From NCBI GenBank assembly GCA_977017645.1, contig OZ360231.1, forward strand, positions 10,168,001-10,232,000: DNA of 64,000 bases, written 5' to 3'. Below the pieces are notes generated by a model. The model saw nothing but the letters and a program-made list of their open reading frames with translations, was not told the DNA's origin and did no database searches. The position numbers were made by a program, and so were the translations under genes. Every line of letters starts with the position of its first letter. Position 1 is the stretch's first letter. The stretch comes from Torpedo marmorata. Its lineage: Eukaryota. Of this stretch, positions 50,190-61,547 are shown piece after piece.

Positions 50190-52030
50190 TTTTAAAAAAT
50201 TATTATTTTATTTAAACTTTTAAATCACAAAATACATAAAATAGAATATAAAATTGTCAAAATACATGTGATACATTTTCACCCCCCCACCTCCCTCCCC
50301 TCCCTAACCCCCTCATCCCCACTAATCTAATAATATAAAGTAAAAGTAAAAATAAAAATAGAAAAAGGAAAGAAAGGAAAAAATAGAATAAGGGGAATAT
50401 CATCTATAAACTAATTCTATTACGGAGGTCAAATGTGCCAGTAGATCCGATATCTAGAGATATTCAAATCCCTAAGCCCACAGCTCTCATATATGGGCTC
50501 CAAATTTTCCAAAAAAAATGATATTTATTACGTAAATTATAAGTAATTTTTTCCAGTGGTATACACGAACGAAGCTCTGCATGCCATCTTTCTAATCCTA
50601 AATCTAAGTCAGATTTCCAAGTAATAGCAATGCATTTTTTCGAAACCGCTAAAGCAATTCGTAAAAATTCTACTTGAAACATATTTAATTTCTTTTTAAT
50701 ACTAAATTTTATAATATCTCCAAATAAAAATAACATAGGATCCATTGGAAATGTAATATTAAATATTTTATCCAAATTTTTTTAAACTTTCAACCAAAAA
50801 TCTTGAATCTTTGGACAAAACCATGTAGAATGAACAAAAGAACCTTCCTCATTATTGCATCTAAAACATAATCCTGATAATGTCGGATTAAATTTCTTTA
50901 ATTTTTTAGGTGTTAAATATAATTGATGAAAGAAATTATATTGTACTAATCTATATCTAACATTAATAATTTTCGTCATACTTAACTTACATAAATCTTT
51001 CCAATGATTTTCATCTATATTTACATTTAAATCTAATTCCCATTTTAATCTTGATTTATACAGTCCTATTTTAGGCATTTTCCTCTGAAACAATTTATAC
51101 ATTTGAGAAATAAATTTATTAACTTCTCCATTAGTAATTAATAATTCTAATTCATTTTGTCTTGGTAAAATCAAAGCATGACCTAATTTCTCAATTTAAA
51201 AAGTTTTAACTTGATAATAAGCTAAAAATGTATTATCTAATATATTAAATTTATCTTTCATTCTTTGAAACGTGATAAATTTTCCAGCTTCAAAACAATC
51301 ATTAATCTTCTTAATACCTTTTTGAGACCAAATTTTAAATAATTGATTATTAACAGTAAATGATATAAGTCCATTTTGGTATAATGGCATATTTGAAGAA
51401 ATTAATCCTCTACCACCTATCTCTTTATCCATCTTACCCCATATTTCTAACAAATGTTTAATAATTGGTGAATTTTTCTTTTTTACTGATATTAATTTAG
51501 AATCCCATTTATAAATAATCTCTTCTTTAAAATTTTCTCCTATATTATTTAATTCTATTTTAATCCAAGCAGAAGTTTTAGTTGAATCAAAAAATTCATT
51601 AACAAATTTTAATTGGGCTGCTTTATAATAATTTTGAAAATTAGGAAGTTGCAATCCACCCAACTCATAATTCCATGTTAACTTTTCCATGCTTACTCTT
51701 GCTAACTTTCCTTTCCATAAAAATGTCCTAATAATAAAATTTAAATCTTAAAAATTTTTTTGAGGAATTCCAAAAGGAATTGATTGAAAAAGATACTGAA
51801 CTCTTGGAAAAATATTCATTTTAATACAGTTCACCCTTCCCATTAAAGTTATGGGTAAATCTTTCCAATTCTCTAAATCTTTCTTTATTTTCTCAAATAA
51901 TGGTAGATAATTTAATTTATACAAGTTTTCCAATTTTGTATCAACCTTAACCCCCAAATATTTAATTCCTTCTTTAGCCCATTTAAATTGTGTAATTTCT
52001 TTACATCTAGTGTAATCACCTTGAGATAAA
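50190..52030 (-). mobile_element. 5'-truncated AT-rich L1 nested in the endonuclease region of the other L1
   Basis: Near-identical to 14476-16130; TSD GAGTAGTCTCTAGCTT at 50174-50189 and 52031-52046. Confidence 0.93.
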
Positions 52031-55000
52031 GAGTAGTCTCTAGCTTGAGGGTACAACTGTCTCCATACATCTATTAGGTTTAAATCATTCATGAAAGCCA
52101 AGGTTGTTTTAGCCGCCCTGGCTTTCTTAACTGTCTTTGCCGATTTATCCAGAATGGGATCCAGACAGAAGTTAAAATCCCCACCAATCAAAACGTTTTG
52201 TCGTCCTCCTGTCACTCTCAAAAATATATTCTGCATAAGTGACTCGTCGTCAAAATTTGGTGCGTAAAGATTCAAGAGTGTCCAGGGTTCTGAGTAAATC
52301 TGACAATGTACCATCACATATCTTCCTGCCGAGTCAACAACCGTGTCCCCAACCACCACCGGAACATTTTTATTTATTCAGATAGCTACCCCCCTAGTTT
52401 TGGAGTTAAAAGAAGATGCAGCTATCTGTCTCACCCAACCTCTTTTTAATTTGCTATGCTCCTGCTTTGTAAGATGCGTTTCCTGTAAGAAAACTATATC
52501 CGCCTGTAGCTTTTTAAGGTGTGCCAAGACTCTTTTCCTCTTTATGGGTCCGTTCAATCCATTAACATTAAAACTAAGAAATTTTATAGTCTTACTCATT
52601 TGAATATATGTACAGTTCCATCCCATTTTTATAGCCCCTTTGTATATTTTTTCTATGGTGTGTCTGTCCCTTTTTACAATAATATATATAGATCTGTTCA
52701 GCACTGACGATGACACTAAAAAAAAAACCACAAAAGCCCGCGAAAAAACACCGCCGATTAAAATAAATGTCCCTTCCCCTTGCTCCAGCACCAACAACAA
52801 CACCTACTCCTTTGGCGCCATCAACCCCCTCAAGACGGGGTGCACTTAGTGCCCTCTTTGGCATACTTAATTAACTAGCTAACCAGCTAACTTCGTACCG
52901 CCCAACTCCCCCCGGGCTCTTTGCCTCTTTATATTATTTACCTTAAAAACCATTATTTACACAATATAACACAACTCAGTATAATGATACTTTTACAGAA
53001 AACAAAACCATCCCTCTTAACCGGCGTCCCACTTTAAGTTCAATCAAAGTCCTTCTTTCCTCCTCGTTCTTTTCTCCAAACCTTAGGATCTCCCCGGGAG
53101 GTCTCGAACAAAGTCCGCAGCCTCCTGGGGCGTCCCGAAGAACTTTCTGCCTCCTTCTGGTGTGTCGAGCCTCAGCGTCGCGGGGTGGAGTAGCGCATGT
53201 GGGATCCCCTTCGCTCTCAGCTGCCGCTTCACTGTGTCGAACGCCCTCCGACGCTTCACCAAGGCCGCACTCAGGTCTGGGAAGAAAACTACCTTCTCCT
53301 CCTCTGGATCAATGGGCCCGCCATTTTCTCTCGCACGTGCGGTTGCCGCGCGCAGGATCCTCTCCTGGTCCTGATAGTTGAGCAAACGCACCAGGACTGG
53401 TCTTGGTCGTTAGCCTGGGTCTGGTCGGGTCCGAGGGTCCGGTGGGCCCTTTCTATGAATAAAGTTTTTTTTAAAGTTTTCCTGGCCCAGGATCTTTGGG
53501 ATCCACCTTTCAAATAAACCCACTGGATCTTTCCCCTCCTTCAGCCCAATTATCCTGATATTATTCCTCCTGCTGAAGTTCTCCAGCCTATTAAGCTTCT
53601 CCAAAATATTGTCTCTCTCCACTCTCCATGCATCGACATTATTTTCCTGCTTTTCTAGCCTCTCCTGGACATCCTTTATTTTATCTTCCACCTCCCCCAC
53701 TCGGGAGGTTAAAGCTCCAAACGAGTTCTTCAGCTCTCTGATCCCAGCTGTGAGCTCTCCAAAATTGGCTTTGAGCCCAGTCATCTTGCCGGCTGGAGCC
53801 TGCACAGCGTGCAGGATATCCCGCAATGTGGGCTCTGGGGCCCCACTCGCCTCTTCCAGCGCAGGCGTCATAATAGAGGTTCCCAAATCGCCGCTCCCGC
53901 GAGGAGAATCACCCGTTGATATTGACGACCTGGAGGCCTCTTCTTCCGCAGAAACTTGGTGTTTTGTCTTCTTTCCCATATTTGAAGAGATATTTATGTA
54001 TTTAATGCTAAACTGACTGTTCTTAATGGCTTTAAATATCGATCTGGTTTGTTTGAGTTTCTGTGAATGCCCTTTGGGCTAAAGAATGCTGCTCAAACTT
54101 TCCAGAGGATGATGGACAGGGTGGGCCGGGATCTCGATTTCGTATTCATCTACCTCGATGACATACTGGTGGCCAGCCGCAATCACAAAGAACATGCGGC
54201 GCACATACGGCAGATGTGCTCCCGCCTCAGAGATTTCGGCCTGACCATCAACCCGGCCAAATGCCAGTTCGGGCTGGAGACTATCGATTTCCTGGGCCAC
54301 AGAATTAATGAACATGGGGCGACAGCGCTACCTGAGAAGGTAGAGGCTGTCAGGCACTTCACCAAGCCACACACGGTGAAGGGCCTCCTCCAGGAGTTCG
54401 CCCGTATGATCAACTTTTACCACTGTTTCATACCAGCAGCAGCCCGCATCATGCGCCCGCTATTCGCCTTGATGGCCGGCAAAAAGAAAGAGGTGGAGTG
54501 GGACAATGAAGCATTAGAAGTGTTTCAGAGGGCCAAAGACACCCTGGCCAACGCCACGCTTCTGGTGCACCTGCGGACAGATGCCCCGACTGTCCTCACT
54601 ACAGACGCCTCCAACACAGCGGTCGCGGAAGTACTTGAGCAACAGGTGGATGGACAATGGCAGCTCTTGGCTTTCTTCAGCAGGCACCTGCGGACACTGG
54701 CTGTTCGCTCAAGTACAGTGCTTTCGACCGGGAACTGCTCACACTATACCTAGCGGTACGACACTTCCGATACTTCCTAGAGGGCAGGCAGTTCACGATT
54801 TTCAACGATCACAAACCACTGACCTTCACCTTCAACAAAGTATCGGACCCATGGTCGGCCAGGCAACAAAGGCACCTGTCCTATATATCCGAATTCACCA
54901 CGGATATTCAGCATATCGCCGGAAAGACTAATGTAGTGGCTGATGCTTTATCACGCCCTACAATTCAGGTGATACAGGCACTGTCCCAAGGGGTCGACTT

Positions 55001-56505
55001 CACAGCGTTGGCCCAAGCACAGCTGCAAGACCCTGAGATCCCCTCTTACAGAACGGCGATGACAGGTCTTCAACTAGAAGACATCGCCATCAGGCCCGTC
55101 AACCAGACACTACTCTCCAATGTGTCAATGGGTAAACCCCGCCCCGTCGTCCTCGCGGCATGGAGACGCCCAGCTTTCGACACGGTGCACAACCTGGCGC
55201 ACCCGTCCATCAGGACCACGGTCAGGATGGTAGCCAGCAGGTTCGTGTGGCACGGTCTCTGAAAACAAGTCAGCCAGTGGGCAAAAACCTGCACACACTG
55301 CCAGACGTCCAAGGTACAGACGCATGTCAAGGCGCCCCCACAATCGCTCGAGCCGGCACGGCGAAGGTTCAGCCATGTCCACAATGACATCGTGGGCCCC
55401 CTGCCGGTATCGAGAGGGGCACGGTACCTGCTGACGATGGTAGACCGGCTTACGAGATGGCCGGAAGTGGTTCCGCTGGCAGAAACCTCAATGGAGACCT
55501 GTGCCAGAGCCCTCATTGACACATGGGTGGCTCGATTCAGATTCCTGGAACACCTGACATCCGACAGAGGTGCGCAGTTCACTTCAGGACTCTGGACAGC
55601 TATGGCTAACCTTTTGGGAACCCAGCTCCACCAACCATGGCTTACCACCCCCAAGCCAATAGACTAGTGGAGCGGTTACACCGGCACCTGAAAGCAGCCC
55701 CGATGGCCCGCCTCAAAGGACCACACTGGACCGATGAGCTGCAATGGGTACTACTGGGATTCTGTACGGCGCCCAAAGAGGACCTCGATACCTCGGCAGC
55801 AGGGTTGGTGTACGGCGCACCCCTGGTTATCCCCGGCGAGTTCCTGGCCACCGCCAGAGACACAGACGACACGCCGGCGGCAACCCTCGAAAGGCTGGAG
55901 ACACTGGCCCCGTCGCAACCCACACCGCATGGCTACCAAAAGACATGTCCCCAAGGACCTACTCAACTGCAGGTTCATTTTCATGCGAAGAGGAGCACAT
56001 CGGCCGCCGCTGCAACGACCTTACGAGGGGCCGTAAAAAGTGATACGGTACAACGGATCCACATGTGTGCTGGACATCGGAGGCAAGGCAGAGACATTCA
56101 CAATAGACCGCCTTAAGCCAGCACACATCGACGCCAGCCAACCAATCATCACACCAGCTCCATGGCGCAGAGGCAGGCCACTGCCACAATCACTGGTCTG
56201 GGGGGGTGGGGGGGTCGTGTAGCGGCCCGCGAGCCGATCGGCGACCCACTGCACAAAATGGCGGTCGAACCTGGCGATCGCGTCAAGGCCACAGACTAAA
56301 TGGCCTTCTTGCATCAGCTCCAACACCGGCGGGAAAACCGACCAATCGCCGGCCGGCCCGTTACGTCATCTCGGCCAGAAGAGGCGGGTCTGTCCGGGTA
56401 GCTGGCCCTATATAAGCAGAGCCAGAGCCTCAATAAATCAGTCTTGTTTGGGCTTACCTCGTGTGTGGTGGTGTTTCTTCGACGCAGCAGCCGCAGCGCG
56501 CTACA

Positions 56506-56810
56506 ATAAACACTATTCTTATCTAAAGAGTGTGTGTTTGTATGTGTGTGTGTGTGTAAAGCCCAGACCATTACAGTCTGTGCCCAACCCTCAAGTAAAA
56601 ATGGAAAACCTTCTGCAAAATCCCCAGATCAGTCATAAAAATAAGTCAGTCCCAAAAATACAGTCCACAAAAATCACTCTCTATGTTCAGGGTCCAAATT
56701 CAGCTCTGTGTGCTGGCACGAAGGACTTAATGAACGTTGGATCTCACAGCCTATCTCGTTGATCTCACGCCTGTTCTCCACGAAAGTTGCTTTATCTCAG
56801 GATTTTGCTG
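56506..56810 (-). mobile_element. Fragment of the same LTR family as 47761-48639 (target of Gypsy B)
   Basis: ATAAACACTATTCTTATCTAAA..(TG)n..AAAGCCCAGACCATTACAGTCTGTG matches 47884-48330 with an internal deletion. Confidence 0.8.
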
Positions 56811-57398
56811 ACACATCCACACCTGCCTCCTGAAGAGTGTTTCTGATCTGTCGGACATAGGTTTGGGGATTTTTCTTCATTATGATGAGAATCTTATGTC
56901 ATCAGCAGTGGAGGTCTTCCTTGGAATACCAGTCCCTTTGCAATTACTGAGCTCACCAGTACCTTCTTTCTTCTTAATGATGTTTCAACCTGTTTATTTT
57001 GGTAATCCTAAGGATTGGGCGATGTCTCTTACTGTTTTATTCTTGTTTTTCAGCCTTATAATGGCTTCTGACTTTCATTGGCACAACTCTGGTCCTCATG
57101 TTGAAACATGGCAACTATAGACTCCAAAGGTGATCAAAAGCTTAGAAGCAAGCCTAGTTCTCTTATACCTGCAACAATGAAGCAATTAAACATACCTGAG
57201 TACTCACAAATACCTGTGAAGCCAAATGTCCCAAACATTATGGTGCCCTGAAATGAGGGGACTATGTATAAAAAGTGCTGTAATTTCTACATGGTCAAAC
57301 CAAAATGTATACAAATAACCTTAACAAATTTAACACTGTGGAGCACAGGGGTAAATAAAGGAAAAAAGTGTCTGTCCCAAACATTATGGAGGATACTG
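56811..57398 (-). mobile_element. Tc1-like DNA transposon fragment (IR/DR-type end)
   Basis: End ..CAAACATTATGGAGGATACTG-TA; inner direct repeat TGTCCCAAACATTATGG near 57227; transposase N-terminal remnant with GIPRKTS (GRPRK-like). Confidence 0.7.
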
Positions 57399-57484
57399 TA
57401 ATTGGCCCCCAACAACATTTGCTTTTGACTAAATATGACGTCAGGTGGGAGGGAGATTTCCCCTGATTCCTGGGGACTTTAGTT

Positions 57485-58669
57485 CAGAATCAGAATCAGA
57501 ATCTATTGTCATGAACAAGTCATGAAATTCGGTGTTTTGCGGCAGCATCATAGTGCAATTAACATTCATATTAACCATCTAAAGACATTACTATAAAAAT
57601 TATAAACAATAGTGCACGAAAAGTAAGGCAGTGTCTTTGGTTCATTGATTATTCAGGAATCTGATGGCAGCGGGGAAGAAGCTGTCCTTGTGCCGTTGAG
57701 TGCTCGTCTTTAGGCTCCTGTACCTTTTTCCCGATGGAAGCAGAGTGAAGAGGGCATGGCCTGGGTGGTGGGGGTCTTTGAGGATAGAGGCTGCTTTTTT
57801 AAGACACGGTCTCATGTAGATGTCCTTGATGGAGTGAAGTTTGGTGCCTGTGATGTCACAGGCCGAGTTAACAACCCTCTGGAGTTTACTCTTGTCCTGG
57901 GAGTTGGCGCCTCCATACCAGGCAGTGATGCAACCAGCCAGAATGCTCTCCACGGTACACCTGTAGAAGTTTACGAGAGTCTTTGGTGACATACCAAATC
58001 TCCTCACAAAGTATAGCCGCTGACGAGCCTTCTTTGTGATTGCATCAACGTGGATGCTCCAGGACAGATCCTCGGAGATGTTGACACCCAAGAATTTGAA
58101 GTTCTTGACCCTCTCCACGACTGAGCCCTCGATGAGGACTGGGTCATGTTCCCCTGACTTCCTCCTGAAATCCACAATCATCTCCTTGGTTTTGCTGACG
58201 TTGAGCTCAAGGTTGTTGTCGTTACACCATTCAGTGAGCTGATCTATCTCCCTCCTGTACGCTTCCTCATTGCCGTTTGTGATTCTGCCGACAACTGTGG
58301 TGTTATCGGCAAACTTGTAGATGGCATTGGAATTGTGGCTGGCCACACAGTCATGGGTGTATAACGAGTAGAGCAGTGGACTAAGCACGCATCCTTGGGG
58401 TGCGCCTGTGTTGATAATCAGTGAGGAGGAGACGTTGTTTCCAATTCGTACTGACTGTGGTCTTCCGATGAGAAAGTCAAGGATCCAGTTGCAGAGGGGG
58501 GTACAGAGGCCTAGAGTTTGTAGCTTCTTGACCAGCACTGAGTGAATAATGGTATTGAAGGCCGAGCTGTAGTCAATGAAGAGCAGCCGTATGTACGAAT
58601 TGCTGTTTTCGAGGTGATCCAGAGCTGAGTGGAGAGCCAGCGATATTGCATCTGCTGTGGAGTGATTGT
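57485..58669 (-). mobile_element. Young Rex1/Babar LINE, 5'-truncated, (ATTCTG)n tail
   Basis: ORF 57642..58538 (298 aa) near-identical to the C-terminus of 7283..9463. Confidence 0.92.
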
Positions 58670-58898
58670 TAAACTACAGTTCAAGGATTGTCACATTCAC
58701 CTCAGAACTTCAGTTTCCCTGTTCATATTTCTAAAAGCCAAAATTGAGCTCGAAAGCTATTTGGTCCTGTCAGTCCTGATGCACCAGTTACCCAGTGAGT
58801 ATTTGCTGTTTTTCACTGGCATCTTCTTCCATCTCACTGATGAATGAAATGGGACAGTAAATGGACAGGACATGCCAGCCCATAGGCTTTGATGTATC

Positions 58899-59450
58899 CA
58901 TAGAACCAGAGTACATTACATCACAAAACAGGCTCTTTGGCCCTGCTAGTTTGTGCCGAACTATTATTCTGCCGCGTCACACCGACCTGCACCCAGTCCA
59001 TATCCCTCCTATCCATGTACCTGTTCAAATTTTTCTTAAATGTTAAAATTGAGCCTGCATTCACCAGTTCAGCTGGCAGTTTGTTCCACACTCCCACCAC
59101 GTTCTGCGTGAAGAAATTCCCCCTAATGTTCCCCTTAAGCCTCTTCCCTTTCACCCTTAACCCATGTCCTCTGGTTTGTATCTACCCGTCATAATTTTGT
59201 ATACCTCTATCAAATCTTCCCTCATTCTTCTACGCTCCAGGGAATAAAGTCCTAACCTTTTTAACCTTCCCTGTAACTCAGTTCCTCAAGTCCCGGCAAC
59301 ATCCTAGTAAATCTTCTCTGCTCTATTTCAATGTTATTGATATCTTTCCTGTAGTTAGGTGACCAAAACTGCACATAATACTCCAAATTTGGCCTCACCA
59401 ATGTCTTATACAACTTTACCATAACATCCCAGATCTTATACTCAATATCC
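58899..59450 (-). mobile_element. CR1 LINE 3' fragment
   Basis: KLYKTLVRPNLEY.VQFWSP; FFTQNVVGVWNKLP; same family as 28010. Confidence 0.85.
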
Positions 59451-60287
59451 AATATTCAGTACACGATGCCAATTCCTGACAATAAAATGTATGAACCAAG
59501 TTAGCTGAAGAGGGGAAGATGGATCATCCACTTCTGACTTCTGGTTGAAAAGGCCAAGAACGCTCTTCTTATTTCATCCCTATTTCCACCAACCTTTAGC
59601 ACATTAATTTCAATTAAATGATCTTTAAAAATTCTCATTCTCAGCAACTAGTAACCCAAGGTACAAGTACATCCACAAACCTCCATTCCAAATTCACATT
59701 AATCTACCCATTCAACTTCACTTTTTAAAATCACTCTCTCGTATTCTTTTTAATTCCAGTTTGTCTTTTGAATTTTCTTAACCTATTTCCCTTGAAACAT
59801 CTTAGAACATTTTGCTATATTAAAGAAATTTCAGAAGTGCATGTCCAGCAATCAAAGCTCAAACACCAGATCCACGTTAAGCCTGTGAAGTTATCTATCA
59901 CTGGATGCCTTTTAACTCAATCATTGCCTGGAATGATGTCAGGCTCTGTAAGAAACAGATTCTTAGGTGAGATATTAGTAACTCCAAATAAAATCAGCAT
60001 GTTGGCCTTCTTAAAACTAGCTGTTGTATCAATTGAATAATTGTGAAATAATAATTCTTAAATATAAATGTTATTCTGCATGTATTATTAATATATACTC
60101 TGTATGTCACATTGTATATTTAAATATACTTTCATGGCATTTGCTGATATATTTATACGTAATACAACTTCTAATTGAGTCACATACAAATCACATATGG
60201 CTGAGTTTTATGGTAAATGTTCTGTCAATATTATTATAATTTGGCATTTAATTAAGCTTATTACCATATTTTAAATACATTTATTAC

Positions 60288-60362
60288 CTGGATAGTTAGA
60301 CAATTCTGTGGAGACGCCATATTTTAACCCATCGTCTTGGTTTCGAGCAACAGCAATCATTT
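60288..60362 (-). CDS. Candidate upstream exon of the LRRC63-like gene, 75 nt, phase 1-1: MIAVARNQDDGLKYGVSTELSNYP(G)
   Basis: CAG|GTAATA donor; ttccAG acceptor at 60363-60364; phase fits 42466-42620; non-repetitive; no recognised homology. Confidence 0.4.
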
Positions 60363-60640
60363 CTGGAATTAAATTCTCAATTATCATTGCATGATAATAT
60401 CAAGGGAGACACAATATGTTACAGCTATCAGATTCTAATGATGAATTCAACAATTTCAGATAACCACCTTTCAAATATGTATCAGAACTGCTTTTTTGCA
60501 TTCATCTCCTTCTGTTTACATATCCCCCAAACAGATCAGCTGCACTAAACAAGCCCTTGCCACCTTCTTTCAGCTGGTACCACAACCATTTGTGTACCCC
60601 CTAATTTTGAGACAATATCATCTGATATAATTTTTTTTTT

Positions 60641-61478
60641 TGACTGCCGGACCCGCAGTAGAGTCAGCGCTGCCGCTGGTGCGGACCCGCGGGGAGCATG
60701 GGAGCAGAGATACAGCGCTCCCGCGGGGTCCAGCCGCCCAGTCGACTGCCGTCGGTTCCGCACGGGCTTTGAACGGCCCGTTAAAGGAGCCGACGGTGGT
60801 TTTATTTAAGATCCCACGACCGCGGGGTCTGCGCCCAAGATGGCAGCGCCTTTTAACCGGCAGCAGCCACGAGGGGCTGCAGATTCCGGGGAAGCGGAGG
60901 ACTGGAGCAGGGCACCAGAGGACGGGAAGATCACCCCCCGTCTGAGAAGGAGAAGCGGAGGAGACGACCCACGGGACGGTGACCACGGCGGCGGACCAGT
61001 GAGGGGCTCTGAGGCTGAAGGACCAGTGCATGCAGTGGGCTGCTGGCGACTCGAGGCGAGGAAACCGCGGAGACTGTGGGCTGCTGGAGACTGCTGTCGG
61101 GGGACTCATGCCGGGCTGCAGACTGCTGGAGGCTGGCTCGAACTGGCTGGAGGAGTACCAGGTATCGGAACCGGGATGCGAGGGGGTGCCGAGGGCGACC
61201 TGACCGTGTTGGAGGTTCGGATCTGGAGCTCGGGATGCCGATCGTTTGGACTGAACTCTGTGTGGCTGCGGAAGCACTGGAGGCGAATCTATGGACACTT
61301 GGTGACTCTGGGGGGACTCTCTTTTGCTTCTCTTTCTCTGACTGTAAGGAATGTTAGAGGCGCTTAGGCAATTTCTGCCGGTGGTGAATCTGTCTGCCTT
61401 GCAGCAGGCAAAAAGAAATTTCATGGAATATGACACTGTCTTATTACTATGACAATAAATTGAATCTTGAATCTTGAT
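60641..61478 (+). mobile_element. Non-autonomous GC-rich retroelement with Rex1-type tail, copy 2
   Basis: Reverse-complement near-identity to 35400-36250; tail TGACAATAAATTGAATCTTGAATCTTGA. Confidence 0.82.
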
Positions 61479-61547
61479 TCTGTATTCTCCCAGGCGAAGT
61501 AAAATCCTCACAATTTATTCCATCTAGTCCACTAAGAATCTTGTACG

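Larger units (their letters stand above)
45595..54045 (-). mobile_element. Second L1-clade family (more GC-rich), ORF1 plus ORF2, lacking 3'UTR/polyA; hosts Penelope, solo LTR and another L1
   Basis: ORF1 53410..53979 LENFSRRNNIRIIGL; ORF2 pieces FNVNGLN/FLQETH (52378..), KSPGEDGF/LDAEKAFD/RQGCPLS (48655..49983), FADD (47083..), C-terminus 45583..47064. Confidence 0.9.
44662..56505 (+). mobile_element. Gypsy element B (gag end, PR, RT, RNase H, integrase, PPT, 3' LTR 56218-56505), split by an L1 at ~45595-54045
   Basis: [23 protein letters not shown]; MPFGLKNA, YLDD, TTDAS, DHKPL, SDRGAQFTS, YHPQAN; G-rich PPT; LTR TGTAGCG..CGCTACA with CCAAT, TATATAA and AATAAA. Confidence 0.92.

Noticed and set aside
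51748-52359. Novel endonuclease/RT-C-terminus fusion protein
   Set aside because: Chance in-frame junction between two L1 copies at a TSD
60288-60501. In-frame TGA (60400-60402) between two open stretches as selenocysteine or readthrough
   Set aside because: An acceptor at 60363-60364 explains the exon without it; no SECIS or homology evidence
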